Positions 43,870 to 56,250 of a stretch of 64,000 nucleotides of DNA are shown here, piece after piece (the stretch's first letter is position 1; every line of letters starts with the position of its first letter). The stretch comes from Eledone cirrhosa (taxonomy: Eukaryota), in contig OZ024755.1 of assembly GCA_964016885.1 (NCBI GenBank), positions 10,168,001-10,232,000 of the forward strand, written 5' to 3'. A program made the position numbers and the translations under genes. The notes under the pieces were generated by a model. The model saw only the letters and a list, made by a program, of their open reading frames with translations. It was not told where the DNA came from and ran no database searches.

Positions 43870-44045
43870 CAGTACTCCTTTGGGAGCCCCTACATGGACA
43901 CACTAGAAGAGGAAGACCAAGGTTAACGTATGTTGATGCCCCAAGGACAGACACTGGTCTGTTGGAGATGCAGGACATGGCAGCGATAATGAGGGACAGA
44001 GACCGCTGGAGAGAACTCGTCCATGGATCTCGGGAATTTTACCCG
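43870..44045 (+). pseudogene. RTE-type LINE 3' fragment
   Basis: Translates LLWEPLHGHTRRGRPRLTYVD..DTGL..MRDRDRWR, a typical RTE C-terminus. Flanked by TA tracts. Confidence 0.65.
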
Positions 44046-44049
44046 CCTT

Positions 44050-44087
<38 letters not shown>

Positions 44088-44224
44088 GTGTGTATGTATG
44101 TATGTATGTATGTATGTATGTATGTATGTATGTATGTATGTATGTATGTATGTATGTATGTATGTATGTATGTATGTATGTATGCATGCATGTATGTATG
44201 TATGCATGTATGTATGTATGTATG

Positions 44225-44760
44225 GCCTGCTTCATTTCTTTCATCGTACTAATGTAGCTAACTATTCTATGAACATACGCCCAGGAGATGACTTTATTAA
44301 AGAAGAACGCAGGAAGAAATATGCCAGTTTTTCTCCAAGCCATGAATACACCTTCTTCAGCGTCTTCACTTCCAACAAGATCTGCCATTTAATTGGTTAT
44401 TTTCACTATTGTTCAGTGAGTAATAGATTATTAATGTCAACTCTCTAGAGCTATAACACAACAATGACATAAACATTGAAAGCCACTGACTTAGTGTTGA
44501 ATAAATCGGGATAAAAGGATCACAGTATGACAGTAGCGATATAAATTTCTCTAAAAATTCTAAAGGTTCAAATGACAGAATGACGTAGTCTTCTCTAGTC
44601 ACTCGGAGCAGACGATAAGGTCAGCCATTTTGTAAAGGGATATAGAAAGGTTAAAAATGAATGAAGATTGATTAGATTGACTTGGATGGGAGAGAAGGTT
44701 GTTAGAAAGCGTTGCCTTTTACTGTGACATCATTCATCATTTTTCTTTGAGGCACTTATT
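44225..44760 (+). pseudogene. Possible decayed hAT transposase
   Basis: Ordered degenerate motifs HFFHRTNVA (HCxxHRxxLA-like), ESH*LS (TRWLS-like) and VAFYCDII, with stops and frameshifts. Confidence 0.35.
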
Positions 44761-46032
44761 TATACTTCTTCAGATAAATATCTTTTAATAAATGTCGTTG
44801 GAAGCATACCTAGAGCTACTCGTATATTTATTTTTTATTTTTAGTTTTACTAAAGTAACATTCTATCATAGAAATTTCAGGTACTTGAGGTCACTCACAA
44901 ATACGTTGTTGAAGATAATTTTAAACCAATAACTTCTAGTTTCGATTTCTTCATTGCTAGTGACCTTTTACTTGTAAGGTTATAATGTTCTTCCTTGCTT
45001 TCTTTCCTCTCTGGCTATTAACATTAAAAGATGGTTGTTGTATGAGCTGCAAGGATTTCAATGAGTCAAATGACACGGTAAATAATCTTAGTTTCTTGAG
45101 AATTAAGTGGTCGAAATACGAAATTTTTCTTTATATTAGAGGTTAATCTATCTTATATGATTCTTTTTTCAGACGGCCAATTGTGTAGCGACTGAAATAT
45201 ATCGAGTTGGCTCTGATCGAATATATATATAATAATTCCTTGCAATCAATAAATAAATCACTAAAAGAATTTTCCGCGTATATTTTATTTGGGAGAATGG
45301 GGTGAATAATTGTGCAAAGGGGGCATATATTGTAGTGCTAGTCTAGAACGCTAAGAAGCCAAGCTCTGACCATGTCTCAGGAGCATTAGTGGTGTTGTCG
45401 GCGTTATTATTCTCATGAAGGGGCGGTGGGTTGACAGACTCGTGAGAGCATCGAACAAAATCCCATATTGCCTTTAGTCGTGGCTCATCACACTTTGAGT
45501 TCAAATACCACCGTGTTCAACTTTGCCTTTAATACTTTAGAGTCAATAAAATAAAGTACCTGTTTAATACTGAAGGTCAATTTAATGGACGCTCCCCCCA
45601 TAATTGAACTATTTATCCCCTTGTCTCATATTAATCTTATTGACCTTTAAATATGAGCAATTGAGGTAGTGGAAACAGTGAGTTGAATTAACCTAAGCAC
45701 TAACACAGCGTTATTCTGAATAAAGGTATATAGATCTATATAAAATGTCTATGTATAATAGACTTGAACTCAAAATACAGAGAGCCGGAACAAATACTGT
45801 GAAACATACTATCCGACATTCTAACGCCTGCCAATTCGCCGCCTTGTCCCTATCACAGCAATATAAAACTCAGAAGTCAAAATGTAAAATATTCTAACAG
45901 CTAATTTTTTTCAGATTAAATTTACAAATCAATGCTGCGTGGTAGACACACTGGCCACTAGCCTGAGATAGATAGAGAGATGGGTAGATAGATAAATAGA
46001 TAGGTGGATAGATAGATAGACAGACTGGTAGA

Positions 46033-46124
46033 CAAAAGTAGTAAAAGAAGAACCATAGACAGAAAAGATATAGAACTGAGAACTACAAGAGAAAGAAGTA
46101 AAAGAGACAATTAACCAGAAGAAC

Positions 46125-46221
<97 letters not shown>

Positions 46222-46351
46222 TAGAAATATAGATAGATAGATAGTGAGAGAGAGGATGGGTTCTTCTGGTTAATTGTCTCTTTTACTTCTTTCTCTTGTA
46301 GTTCTCAGTTCTATATCTTTCCTGTCTATGGTTCTTCTTTTACTACTTTTG
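46033..46351. repeat. 97-bp inverted duplication around a (CT)n(AT)n(AG)n core
   Basis: Arms 46033-46129 / 46255-46351, one mismatch seen. Confidence 0.9.
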
Positions 46352-46651
46352 ATCTCGAGCGAAGATTTCTCAAGAATTGCTTATCACATATGATTGATTT
46401 AAGTAGAAATCTGTGAAACTTCACTACTAGCTATTGTATGAGGTCAAATGTTCTTCTACCGCAGCAACCCACATCATAGAAAGATAATATTGATTCTTTC
46501 CTGTTCTCTTTTGGATTTGGCAGAAGATCAAACTTTGTAGTTGAAAGTTTAATGGTAAAAGGAAAAGCAAAGTCTATCTTAACGGGATTTGAACTTGATG
46601 AGGCTAAGAGAGGAATCTGAAAAGACTAATTTGTTTAGAATAAAGGCGTGT

Positions 46652-46985
46652 AAGGTAAAAGAAAACCCTTTGGTAACGAATGACCATGGGATTTGCACCT
46701 AGAAAGTTCCCTTCCGAGGCACAAATCCGGACAAGGTTGTTTGTGGAAGACCAGCAGTCGCCCATACATACCAGTCTCCCCTCTCCACGCCACCGATGTT
46801 GTCTAAGGGAACAGCAAAGGCCGATACATTTTGCCACCAATGACGTCACAACTCAGTTCTACAGCTACAGTGAACAGGAGCAACGTGAAATAAAGTGTCT
46901 TGCTCAAGAACACAACGGTCCAAGAATCAAACACACAACCTCATGATTGTAAGCCCGACGCTCTAACCACTAAGCCAGGCACCTT
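46652..46985 (-). mobile_element. Near full-length tRNA-derived SINE
   Basis: Minus-strand head GGCTTAGTGGTTAGAGCGTC..GTTTGATTC..TTCTTGAGCAAGACAC. A body fragment also occurs at ~22055-22110. Confidence 0.7.
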
Positions 46986-47926
46986 CGGACCCATATATAA
47001 TATGTTTGTGTTTGAACGTAGCATGGTTGAATTGTCAAGAAGTCCGCTTAAGATCTGGGTTCAATCCTACTTCGTGGCATATCGGGCAAATGTCATTTAC
47101 CATAGCATGGAGGTTGATCAATGCCTTGTCAGTGGAATGGGACAGATGGAAACATTTTGGCAGCCTGACCGATGGACTGAACTTGTAATTGAAAGGATCA
47201 GCGTTGTTAAACACTGTGGCATGCTGAATCTCCATGAGAATTGCGCGAAAGTTACACAAATGCTGAAACACTTTCATGTTAATTTCATGAGCTAGCTGTT
47301 TCGTTGGTCGAACATCTACAACACTCATCGTCGTAACCGAAGGAGCTCCATTTTTTTTCTTCTGCTTCTTGTGTGATGTTTATGTATGTGCACATGTGTG
47401 GGATTGTGTACAAGTGTGTGCATGTATACATGTGTGTGCATGTATACATGTTCGTACATGTATACATGTTTGTGTGTATGTGTGTGGTGTGCATGTGTAC
47501 GTGTTTATACATGTGTACGTGTGTGTGTATGCATGTGAACATGAGTATGTATACATGTTTGTGTATGTGTACATGTGTGTGCATATATACATGTTTAGAC
47601 ATGTGTAAGTGAATGTGTATGGGGCAGTGTAAACATTTCTGAATGGGGAGTGTGTGCAAATTTGGACAATTTAGTTGTAGTGATTAGTTTAGCTCTTTGC
47701 AGTTTAAAATGGTCTTCGATCTGCGATATTCATAACATGTACATAAATTCTAGCGGATATCCAAATAGATGTGTGTTTTCGTAGTTTAGGGAGTACATAT
47801 AATTATTGGAGGGAGGGCATACCCCCCAGTTCTACCGCCACTGTATATTTATTAATAATTTGTGCTTCTTACAATCTTTTTTTTCCAGAAAATTTCTCTA
47901 AATGTGTCTTACTTCTCTCCACTAAG

Positions 47927-48047
47927 GTATATTCTTGCTATTGACAATATCCAAGATGTTGAAGAATATATGAAAGAACTGCTTGATTCTTCTGACTCCC
48001 AAGTACAGATATTTCTAAATCATTTACTTAAACAATGGAAGCCACCT
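47927..48047 (+). CDS. TRIP4: Isolated exon resembling the N-terminal region of activating signal cointegrator 1 (TRIP4/ASC-1)
   Basis: Polypyrimidine tract and acceptor TTCTCTCCACTAAG|G, then YILAIDNIQDVEEYMKELLDSSDSQVQIFLNHLLKQWKP, resembling human YVLSIESAEEIREYVTDLL..QFIEELITKWQK as recalled. The donor is weak (CCT|GTGACA) and an in-frame TAA follows at 48057. Confidence 0.55.
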
Positions 48048-48171
48048 GTGACAAAATAACTTGTATATATAATTGAAAAAAAAAATTATGCTCTGTGCCC
48101 TTTCCTAATGGGTTAATATATCGAGCTTCTTCTCATATGGTGAGAAACTGGTATTATACCCAATTTATTCA

Positions 48172-48207
<36 letters not shown>

Positions 48208-48235
48208 GCACACACAAACACATATATACACAGCG

Positions 48236-48460
48236 CCTCTCTATATCAATTAACACCAAACTCTCCCCCTCTCCATATCTACTATACGGAACTCTCTTCC
48301 GATACCCCTCGCTATATCAATTATCACCAAACTCTCCTCCTCTCCATATCTACTATACGGAACTCTCTTCCGACACCCCTCTCTATATCAATTAGCGCCA
48401 AACTCTCCCCCTCCCTAAATCTACTACACGGAACTCTCTTCCAACCCCCCTCTCTATATC
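48236..48460. repeat. ~72-bp tandem repeat x3
   Basis: CCCTCTCTATATCAATTA.CACCAAACTCTCC units, the reverse complement of the subrepeats in the MITE at ~1180-1300. Confidence 0.8.
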
Positions 48461-49150
48461 ATACGTAAGTATGTACACATGTCTGTATGCCTGTGTGTAC
48501 GTACATGTATCCATGTGTACGTGTGTGAGTATGCATACATGTGTATGTCTGTGTATATACCTGCGTATAACTGTGTGTGTATGTCAGTGTGTCTGTCTGT
48601 GCCTGTCTATGTGTGTGTACGTGTCTGTGTATACCTATGTGTGTATGCCAGTGTGCATGTGTACGTGTCTGTCTATGTCTGTGTGTGTCTATCTATGTCT
48701 GTATATAAGTGTACGTGTCTCTCTCTATCTGTGTATGTGTACGTGTCTCTCTCTATCTGTGTATGTGTACGTGTCTCTCTCTCTATCTGTGTATGTGTAC
48801 GTGTCTCTCTCTACCTGTGTATGTGTATATATGTGTACGTGTCTCTCTCTACCTGTGTGTCTGTCAGACATTAACAGGTATGTATTTACCTTAGTTTTTT
48901 AATGACGACCAAGATAAAACAACAACAAAACAACAACCGATCCTTTACCTGCATAAATTGACTCATATCTTATCGTCTCTCTTTCTCTCTCTCACTGACC
49001 CTCTCTCTCTCTCTTTCTCTCACACTGACCCTCTCTCTCTCTCTCTCTCTCACACTGCCCCATACTCTCTCTCACTGACCCCCCCCTTCTCTCTCTCACA
49101 CACTGCCCCATACTCTCTCACACTGCCCCATACTCTCTCTCACTGCCCCT

Positions 49151-49181
<31 letters not shown>

Positions 49182-49730
49182 ACAAGTACACACACCCTCT
49201 CTCTCACACACACTCTCACACATACACACATCCTCTATTTCTCTCTCTCTCACACACATACAGACGTACACATACAGACGTACACACACGCTCTCACACA
49301 CACACACTGTCGCGCTCTCGCTCTCTCTCACACACACTATCGCTTGCTCTCTCTCACACACACACACGTACACACATGCTCCCTCTCTCTCACACACACG
49401 TACACACATGCTCTCTCTCACACAAAAACTCTCTTTCACACACCTTTTTCTCATGCACATACACACCCTCTCCCCTCTCTCTCTCTCACATACAGACTCT
49501 CACACACATGACACACTGACAACCCACCTCGCTCCCTCTCGCCCCAGTCACCCTGTCACCACCTCACCCCATCCTCTCTCTGTCTCCCACTTCCCCCTGT
49601 CTCCCTCCCTCTCTCTCCACTATACAACAGGCCACGGCCAGTCGGAACATCACAACACTGAGATAAACAAACACCAGTTGACAATAGAAACACAAGGACA
49701 GACACAACAGCAGTAATAACAGGTATGTAA

Positions 49731-50695
49731 TGTGGTGGTGGTGGTGGTGGCGGTGGTGTTAGTGGCGGTAGTGGTGGGTGTTGCTGGTGGGTGTGGTGGT
49801 GGTGGTGGTAGTGTTGGTGGTGGTGGTGGTGTTGGTGGTGGTGTTGGTGGTGTTGGTGGTGTTGGTGGTGGTGTTGGTGGTGGCGGTGGTGGTGGGTGTT
49901 GCTGGTGGTGGTGGTAGTGTTGGTGTTAGTAGTGGTAGTGGTGGTGGTGTTAGTGGTGGTGGTGTTAGTGGTGGTGGTGGTGGTGTTGGTGGTGGTGGTG
50001 TTGTTGGTGGTGGTGGTGTTGTTTGTGGTTGGTGGTGGTGGTGTTGTTTGTGGTTGGTGGTGGTGTTGGTGGTGGTGGTGGTGGTGGTGGTGTTAGTGGT
50101 GGTGGTGGTGGTGGGTGTTGCTGGTGGGTGTGGTGGTGGTGGTGTTAGTGGTGGTGGTGTTAGTGGTGGTGGTGTTGGTGGTGGGTGTTGCTGGTGGTGG
50201 TGTTGGTGGTGTTGGTGGTGGTAGTGGTAGTGTTGGTGGTGGTGGTGGGTGGTGTTGGTGGTGTTGGTGGTGGTGTTGGTGGTGTTGGTGGTGGTGTTGG
50301 TGTTGGGTGTGGTGGTGTTGGTGGTGGTGTTAGTGATTGTGGTGGTGGGTGGTGGTGGTGTTGGTGGCGGTGGTGGTGGTGTTGGTGATGTTGGTGGTGT
50401 TGGTGGTGGTAATGGTTGGTGGTGGTGGTGTTGGTGGTGTTGGTGGTGGTGGTAATGGTTGGTGGTGTTAGTGGTGGTGGTGTTAGTGGTGGTGGTGTTA
50501 GTGGTGTTAGTGGTGGTGGTGTAGGTGGTGTTAGTGGTGTTGGTGGTGGTGGTGATGGTGGTGGTGATTCTGTTGTTGCTGGTGGTGGTGGTTGTTGTGG
50601 TAGTGACGGGGCTGTTGTTGTTGCTGGTGGTGGTGTTGTTGTTGCTGGTGGTGATGATGTTGGTGGTGGTGGTGGTGTTGCTGCTGCTACTGGAA
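49731..50695. repeat. (GGT/GTT)n array
   Basis: Seen directly. Confidence 0.9.
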
Positions 50696-50871
50696 GTTAA
50701 CATGTCCTTACACGACTTAAAAGGTCACCCTACACAGAAATAATAAACTACGTCTCCTGACCTATTTTGTTTTATGACACAAGTTAACAGTTGTTGTTGT
50801 AAATGTTGTTGCTGTTGTTGATTAGTTGTCCTCAGTTCAGTCTTGGCCGACAACGTTCTGGTCATGGCCAT

Positions 50872-51350
50872 CCGTGAATGGCTTAGTGGTTAGAGCATTA
50901 GGCTTGCAATCGAAAGATTGTGAGTTCAATTCTCGGACCGGGTGATGTGTTGTTTCCTTGAGCAAGACACTTTATTTAACGTTGCTCCAGTTTACTCAGC
51001 TGTAGAAATGAGATGATAGGACTGGAGTCCCTATCATTAAATCACCCAAGACACCTCCAACGAGATATACCTTGGAGGAGGCCAGCTAAAACCTGCATAG
51101 GTGTGAGCTGTCACACACACATGGCCATCCAGACTTTTTTTTTTTGCAGGCATATCATATAAAGGTATGTGGCTAAGTAGTTAGAGTGTTGGGCTTACGG
51201 TCATACATTCGTGGGTTCGATCCCCAGACCTGGGTGAGACGTTGTGTCCTTGAGGAAGACATTTCATTTCCTATTGCTCCAGTTCACTTAACTGAAAATG
51301 GATATCAGTGGCAGCGGTTGGAGGTGAGCGCTGCGATAGATTGGCGTCCT
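50872..51350 (+). mobile_element. Two family 2 SINE heads
   Basis: A/B boxes (TGGCTTAGTGGTTAGAGC..GAGTTCAATTC; GGGTTCGATCCC) and CCTTGAG..AGACA motifs. Confidence 0.65.
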
Positions 51351-52000
51351 GTCCAAGAGTACTCGGAAAAATTAATTTCCATTTCTTTCGCTGGACGATA
51401 CCACTCGAGACTGGCTGACTCATGGTGGTGGTGGGGAGGGGGGGGGGGTTCTGGCTGGGACTCCCAATCGAAATCTTTACTCTATATCCCATCCGAATAT
51501 CTTATCGAGATAAATTTTTTCATATAAGACTCTCCGTAAGTTCATTAAATAAATAAATCTCGCTACCTTAATCTTTAATTCTCTAATAACTTATTTTTCA
51601 ATTTATCATTTTGCAATTTAATATTTTTAATTTAATTTAATTTCATCCTATAACTCGTAACATAAGTTTAACGTTTCAATCTTCGGTTCACACATTAGAC
51701 CATACAGACACCCATTATAGATTCTTTGGAGTAGCACTTTTTCGCGGCATTTTCAAGCATGAATGTAGTATGATCCTTACACTGACTTCTTTCTCCCTTT
51801 CTTTCTTCCCCTTCTTCTTTGACGGAGTGGTGGTAGTGCATTATAAGCCTTCGCCCTCTCACCAGATATTCATTAGTAGATTCAGTTGCCACCACTTTGA
51901 GGGCTACTGGCCGAGCAGCAAGTTGGTCAGTCGTCCTCTTTGTCTCTGTCTCTAATTTTTCGGACCCATGGTTTTTTACATATTCCTTTGTTATATTCCA

Positions 52001-52058
52001 ATACCTGATGATATCACCGGATTCATATGGAACCCGGTCATTGAAATGGCCATAGTAT
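52001..52058 (+). ncRNA. Type I hammerhead ribozyme, minimal Penelope-type
   Basis: ATAC-CTGATGA-TATC-ACCGG..CCGGT-CATT-GAAA-T-GGCC-ATA-GTAT, directly followed by AATAAA. The stem III loop GGCC is palindromic. The element tail runs to the TA tract at ~52258. Confidence 0.8.
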
Positions 52059-52255
52059 AATAAACCTTTCAAGGATTTACACGAGTCCAGCCTCCTGTTA
52101 TTTTATTTCATTTATAATTAACTCCGTATTCGCACCACCAACTACACAAACGAAGATGGGTGAACTGCACTGCGTTGAGTACTCTTCACAATATTACACC
52201 AGGATTGACCATACGGAATGACCAGTTCTATCCAGTGGTGAACCAACAAACCTTA

Positions 52256-52299
<44 letters not shown>

Positions 52300-52301
<2 letters not shown>

Positions 52302-52482
52302 CGAAGGAAATGTGGTAAGGAACCAGGTGGACCATAACGCACCAAAGTACTCAATACTTGAGGTAGTAGAGTGGGTAATAGGAACCAGTAAGACCCCGAC
52401 AGCTGAGCTCAAGCCGTTTCGACGGCTAATTCGAATTAGCCTTCGAAACGGCTTGAGCTCAGCTGTCGGGGTCTTACTGGTT

Positions 52483-52487
<5 letters not shown>
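52300..52487 (-). mobile_element. Family A fold-back mini element
   Basis: Loopless palindrome 52378-52487 centred at 52432/52433, one mismatch, plus the family A tail. Confidence 0.75.
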
Positions 52488-52534
<47 letters not shown>

Positions 52535-52589
52535 CAGTTTCTGTGTATTCGTTTTTTCATAGGGAAATATATCTGCTTATATGGAAAAA

Positions 52590-52623
<34 letters not shown>

Positions 52624-52731
52624 TATATAATCGTGTGTATAGGGGGCAGGGTCATATTTGTTTGTGCGTGTCTTTTGTAATACACCACACACACACACAC
52701 ACAGATATGGCGTATTTATAAGACTTAATTT

Positions 52732-53077
<346 letters not shown>

Positions 53078-53502
53078 GTATTCTTACTTGACATACATAT
53101 ATACATATACACATGAGACATATATATATATATACATATTTTCCCTCGAAGCCTGTATATTATATGACAATACACTTCTAGCACTGGACGTTATTTTACT
53201 TCTTAAAATGACGGAGTATACTTATAAAGTGGAAAATGCGAAGTTGTAGATATTACAGTCTTTTCTCAATTGACCCGTTATACATATTTCCATGACGATA
53301 GATGGTGGGGAACTGGTAGCTAGAGAGAACAAATAAGGTTGGAAGTATTCTGGGTGGTAGTTGAGTGGTCTGCCATCCACACCTCTGCACCTGCGCAGCG
53401 CTGTCGGGAGGTTCTAAAAGTTAGAACCGAGTGGCCATCCAAAACAAAAACATACAATTTTTTAACACAGTTCCCTTCTACCCAAAATTGCCTCAGAAAT
53501 GT

Positions 53503-53539
<37 letters not shown>

Positions 53540-53542
53540 TAA

Positions 53543-53713
<171 letters not shown>

Positions 53714-53738
53714 CATATATATACGTATATATATATAA

Positions 53739-53771
<33 letters not shown>

Positions 53772-53869
53772 CATATATATACGTAGGTCCCGGGTTGAGT
53801 CGGGGATAACCACAGTAAGTAAGGTACTCAATACATGGCAGAGTAAAAGTTTTTTTATTTTATAGAAGG

Positions 53870-53920
53870 AGCTTCTACAGGACTAGTACTGTTTCATTCA
53901 GATGAAATCTTCAGGAAACT
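53870..53920 (-). ncRNA. Type I hammerhead ribozyme (mirror copy)
   Basis: Reverse complement of the 53944 motif, with one G-U pair in stem I. Confidence 0.75.
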
Positions 53921-53943
53921 GGGTGTCATATTAAATGACACCC

Positions 53944-53994
53944 AGCTTCCTGAAGATTTCATCTGAATGAAACAGTACTAGTCCTGTAGAAGCT
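53944..53994 (+). ncRNA. Type I hammerhead ribozyme
   Basis: AGCTTC-CTGAAGA-TTTC-ATCT-GAAT-GAAA-CAG-TACTAGTC-CTG-TA-GAAGCT; cleavage triplet GUA. Confidence 0.8.
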
Positions 53995-54022
53995 CCTTCT
54001 ATAAAATATATATATATATATA

Positions 54023-54443
54023 TACAATATTAAATAAATGGAAAACTATATTTATAAAACCATATTTATTTCATTATATATATTTCGGGGATATCATATT
54101 AACAATATGCTATGCCTTCATCAGACAAAATACAATATAAACAGTTCTATAGATAAATAGATTCGACATACCGTTATAACACCGACTTCATTTGAAGAGG
54201 TTTAAGCTGGCAGTGAATAGAATATCTATAGAACTGTTTATATTGTATTTTGTCTGATGAAGGCATAGCATATTGTTAATATGATATCCCCGAAATATAT
54301 ATAATGAAATAAATATGGTTTTATAAATATAGTTTTCCATTTATTTAATATTGTAAATATACTCCAAATATTTGTCGAGTGCTTTTATATCAGTTATAAA
54401 TATTTACTAGTTGTAACCCAACAATTTTAAATATAACTTTCCA
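54023..54443 (+). mobile_element. Family C fold-back element with two opposite hammerheads
   Basis: 133-bp arms 54023-54155 / 54223-54355. Tail with ACTC-CAA-ATAT-TTG-TC-GAGT at 54361-54380. TA-flanked. Confidence 0.8.
54246..54311 (+). ncRNA. Type I hammerhead ribozyme (mirror copy on minus strand at ~54067-54132)
   Basis: TATTTTGT-CTGATGA-AGG..CATATT-GTT-AATATG..CCC-GAAA-T-ATAT-ATA-ATGAAATA. Stem I is 8 bp with two G-U pairs. Confidence 0.75.
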
Positions 54444-54489
54444 TATATATATATATATATATATATTTCTATATTAAATTTGTTTCAAT

Positions 54490-54720
54490 TCGGAAAGATC
54501 ACAGCTCCGATACTATGGGCATGTGGTTAGACTGTCTCAGGAAATATTCGCTGGACAGATTTGATTTTATGGGTAAAAACCAACCGGAAGTAGACCCAGG
54601 AGTAGACCCCGAGCAAGATGGTTGGATAACATCCATGAGCTTGGCTGGTCCCACTTGGGGATCCAGCCGGATCAGTTGGAAATGGACGTAGTTGGCGAAG
54701 AAGGAAAGAAGAAGAAGAGT
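54490..54720 (+). pseudogene. RTE LINE 3' fragment (paralog of 56250-56720)
   Basis: ERSQLRYYGHVVRLSQE..KPTGSRPRSRPRARWLDNI, ending in (GAA)n. Confidence 0.75.
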
Positions 54721-55270
54721 TATGTCTCACACTGTCACGCCAAATCGTCTTGAACATTATGTGATGGGCACACGTGACTGTAGAATGGTCAACCGGAAGA
54801 CTCATCGTCGAAATCGACGGAGGTCTATTCCACTCCACCTTCTGGAATAAACCAAAGTGAACGTTTCCTCGAGGCATATATGTGTATGAGAGTGTGGGTG
54901 CGTGTGAGTGCATGTGTATATATCTATGTATGTATGGATATATATATATACACATATGTGTATGTGTGAGTGTGTGCGTGCGTTTACATATTCGCCCTTA
55001 TGTCTGAATCCGTCTCTGTCTTGTTCACTACAAACACTATCCCCCACACCCCTCTCTCTTCCACCACACTCTCTCTCTACAACCGCCTCTCTCTTCCACC
55101 ACACTCTCTCTCTCTACCACAACCTTCTCTCTCGCCATCTCTCCCTCTCTCCCACATAACTATATATCTATTTCCCGTCCCTCCTATATCCTGTAACAGA
55201 TTAACTGTACCGGGAATCACCTCCTCAACATTTCACTGACAGGATAGACAATCCGTTATTTTTTGTCGTA

Positions 55271-55306
<36 letters not shown>

Positions 55307-55852
55307 AACACTCTGGCTCACACACACACACACACACACTAAAACACACCAACAAACACACACTGACTAACTGACTTACAGACACACACATTGCAGACAG
55401 GATTAAGGATAAACGATGACAATCAGGTATTTTTTGTCGTACTCTCTCACACACACACATACTAGCACATACACACACACACTAAAACACACACACATAC
55501 TAGCCCACACACTCACATACTAGCACACACACGCACACTGACACACTGACTCACAGACACACACACACACACACACACTTCCATACACGCATATACACAC
55601 ACACACATACATTCACACTCACACACAGTTACACATACATACACACACATACATACACTTACACATACATTTACACTCCCACACAGACACATACACACAC
55701 AAGCATGTAGACACAGTCACACACATGTGGTGCATATTAAGAAAAGAATGTCCTTAGGTTTGTTCTTTGAAGCTTGAGGTCGAAATATTTCCCACAGCCA
55801 AAATATTTGTCGGTCTACAAACCTCCATTTTATTACCTCTATAACGACTGTG

Positions 55853-56250
55853 ATGGCGCGTGGCCTCGTGGTTAAGGTGTTTCACTCACAGTACAATTAG
55901 TTGACGTGTTGTGTCCTTGAGCAGGACACTTTATTTAGTGTTGAGTCCTTGAGGAAAACACTTTATTTAGTATTGAGTCCTTGAGCAAGACACTTTATTT
56001 AGCGTTGTGTCCTTGAGCAGGACAATTTATTTTATATAGCTCCACTCACTGGGAGGAAAAATGAGTTGTACCTGTAATTCTAGTATCCTGCCTTGTCACA
56101 CACTGAGTCACACTGAATTTCCCTGAGAACTATATTAATGGCGCACGTATCTATGGAATGCTCAGTCATTTACACGTTAATTTCACGAGTAGGCTATTCC
56201 ATTGATTCTCCCGCTATATCTCACTAAGAACTACGTTAATGGTACACGTG
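55853..56250 (+). mobile_element. Family 2 SINE with internally repeated CCTTGAGCAGGACACTTTATTT segment
   Basis: Four tandem ~32-bp segments inside the SINE. Confidence 0.65.

Larger units (their letters stand above)
53781..54006 (-). mobile_element. Family D fold-back element carrying two opposite hammerheads
   Basis: Arms ~53857-53929 / 53936-54008. The tail 53781-53856 contains ACTC-TGC-CAT-GTA-TT-GAGT on the minus strand. Confidence 0.8.

Noticed and set aside
50872-50945. tRNA gene
   Set aside because: A/B boxes run directly into the SINE body and there is no complete cloverleaf. The same applies to other SINE heads.
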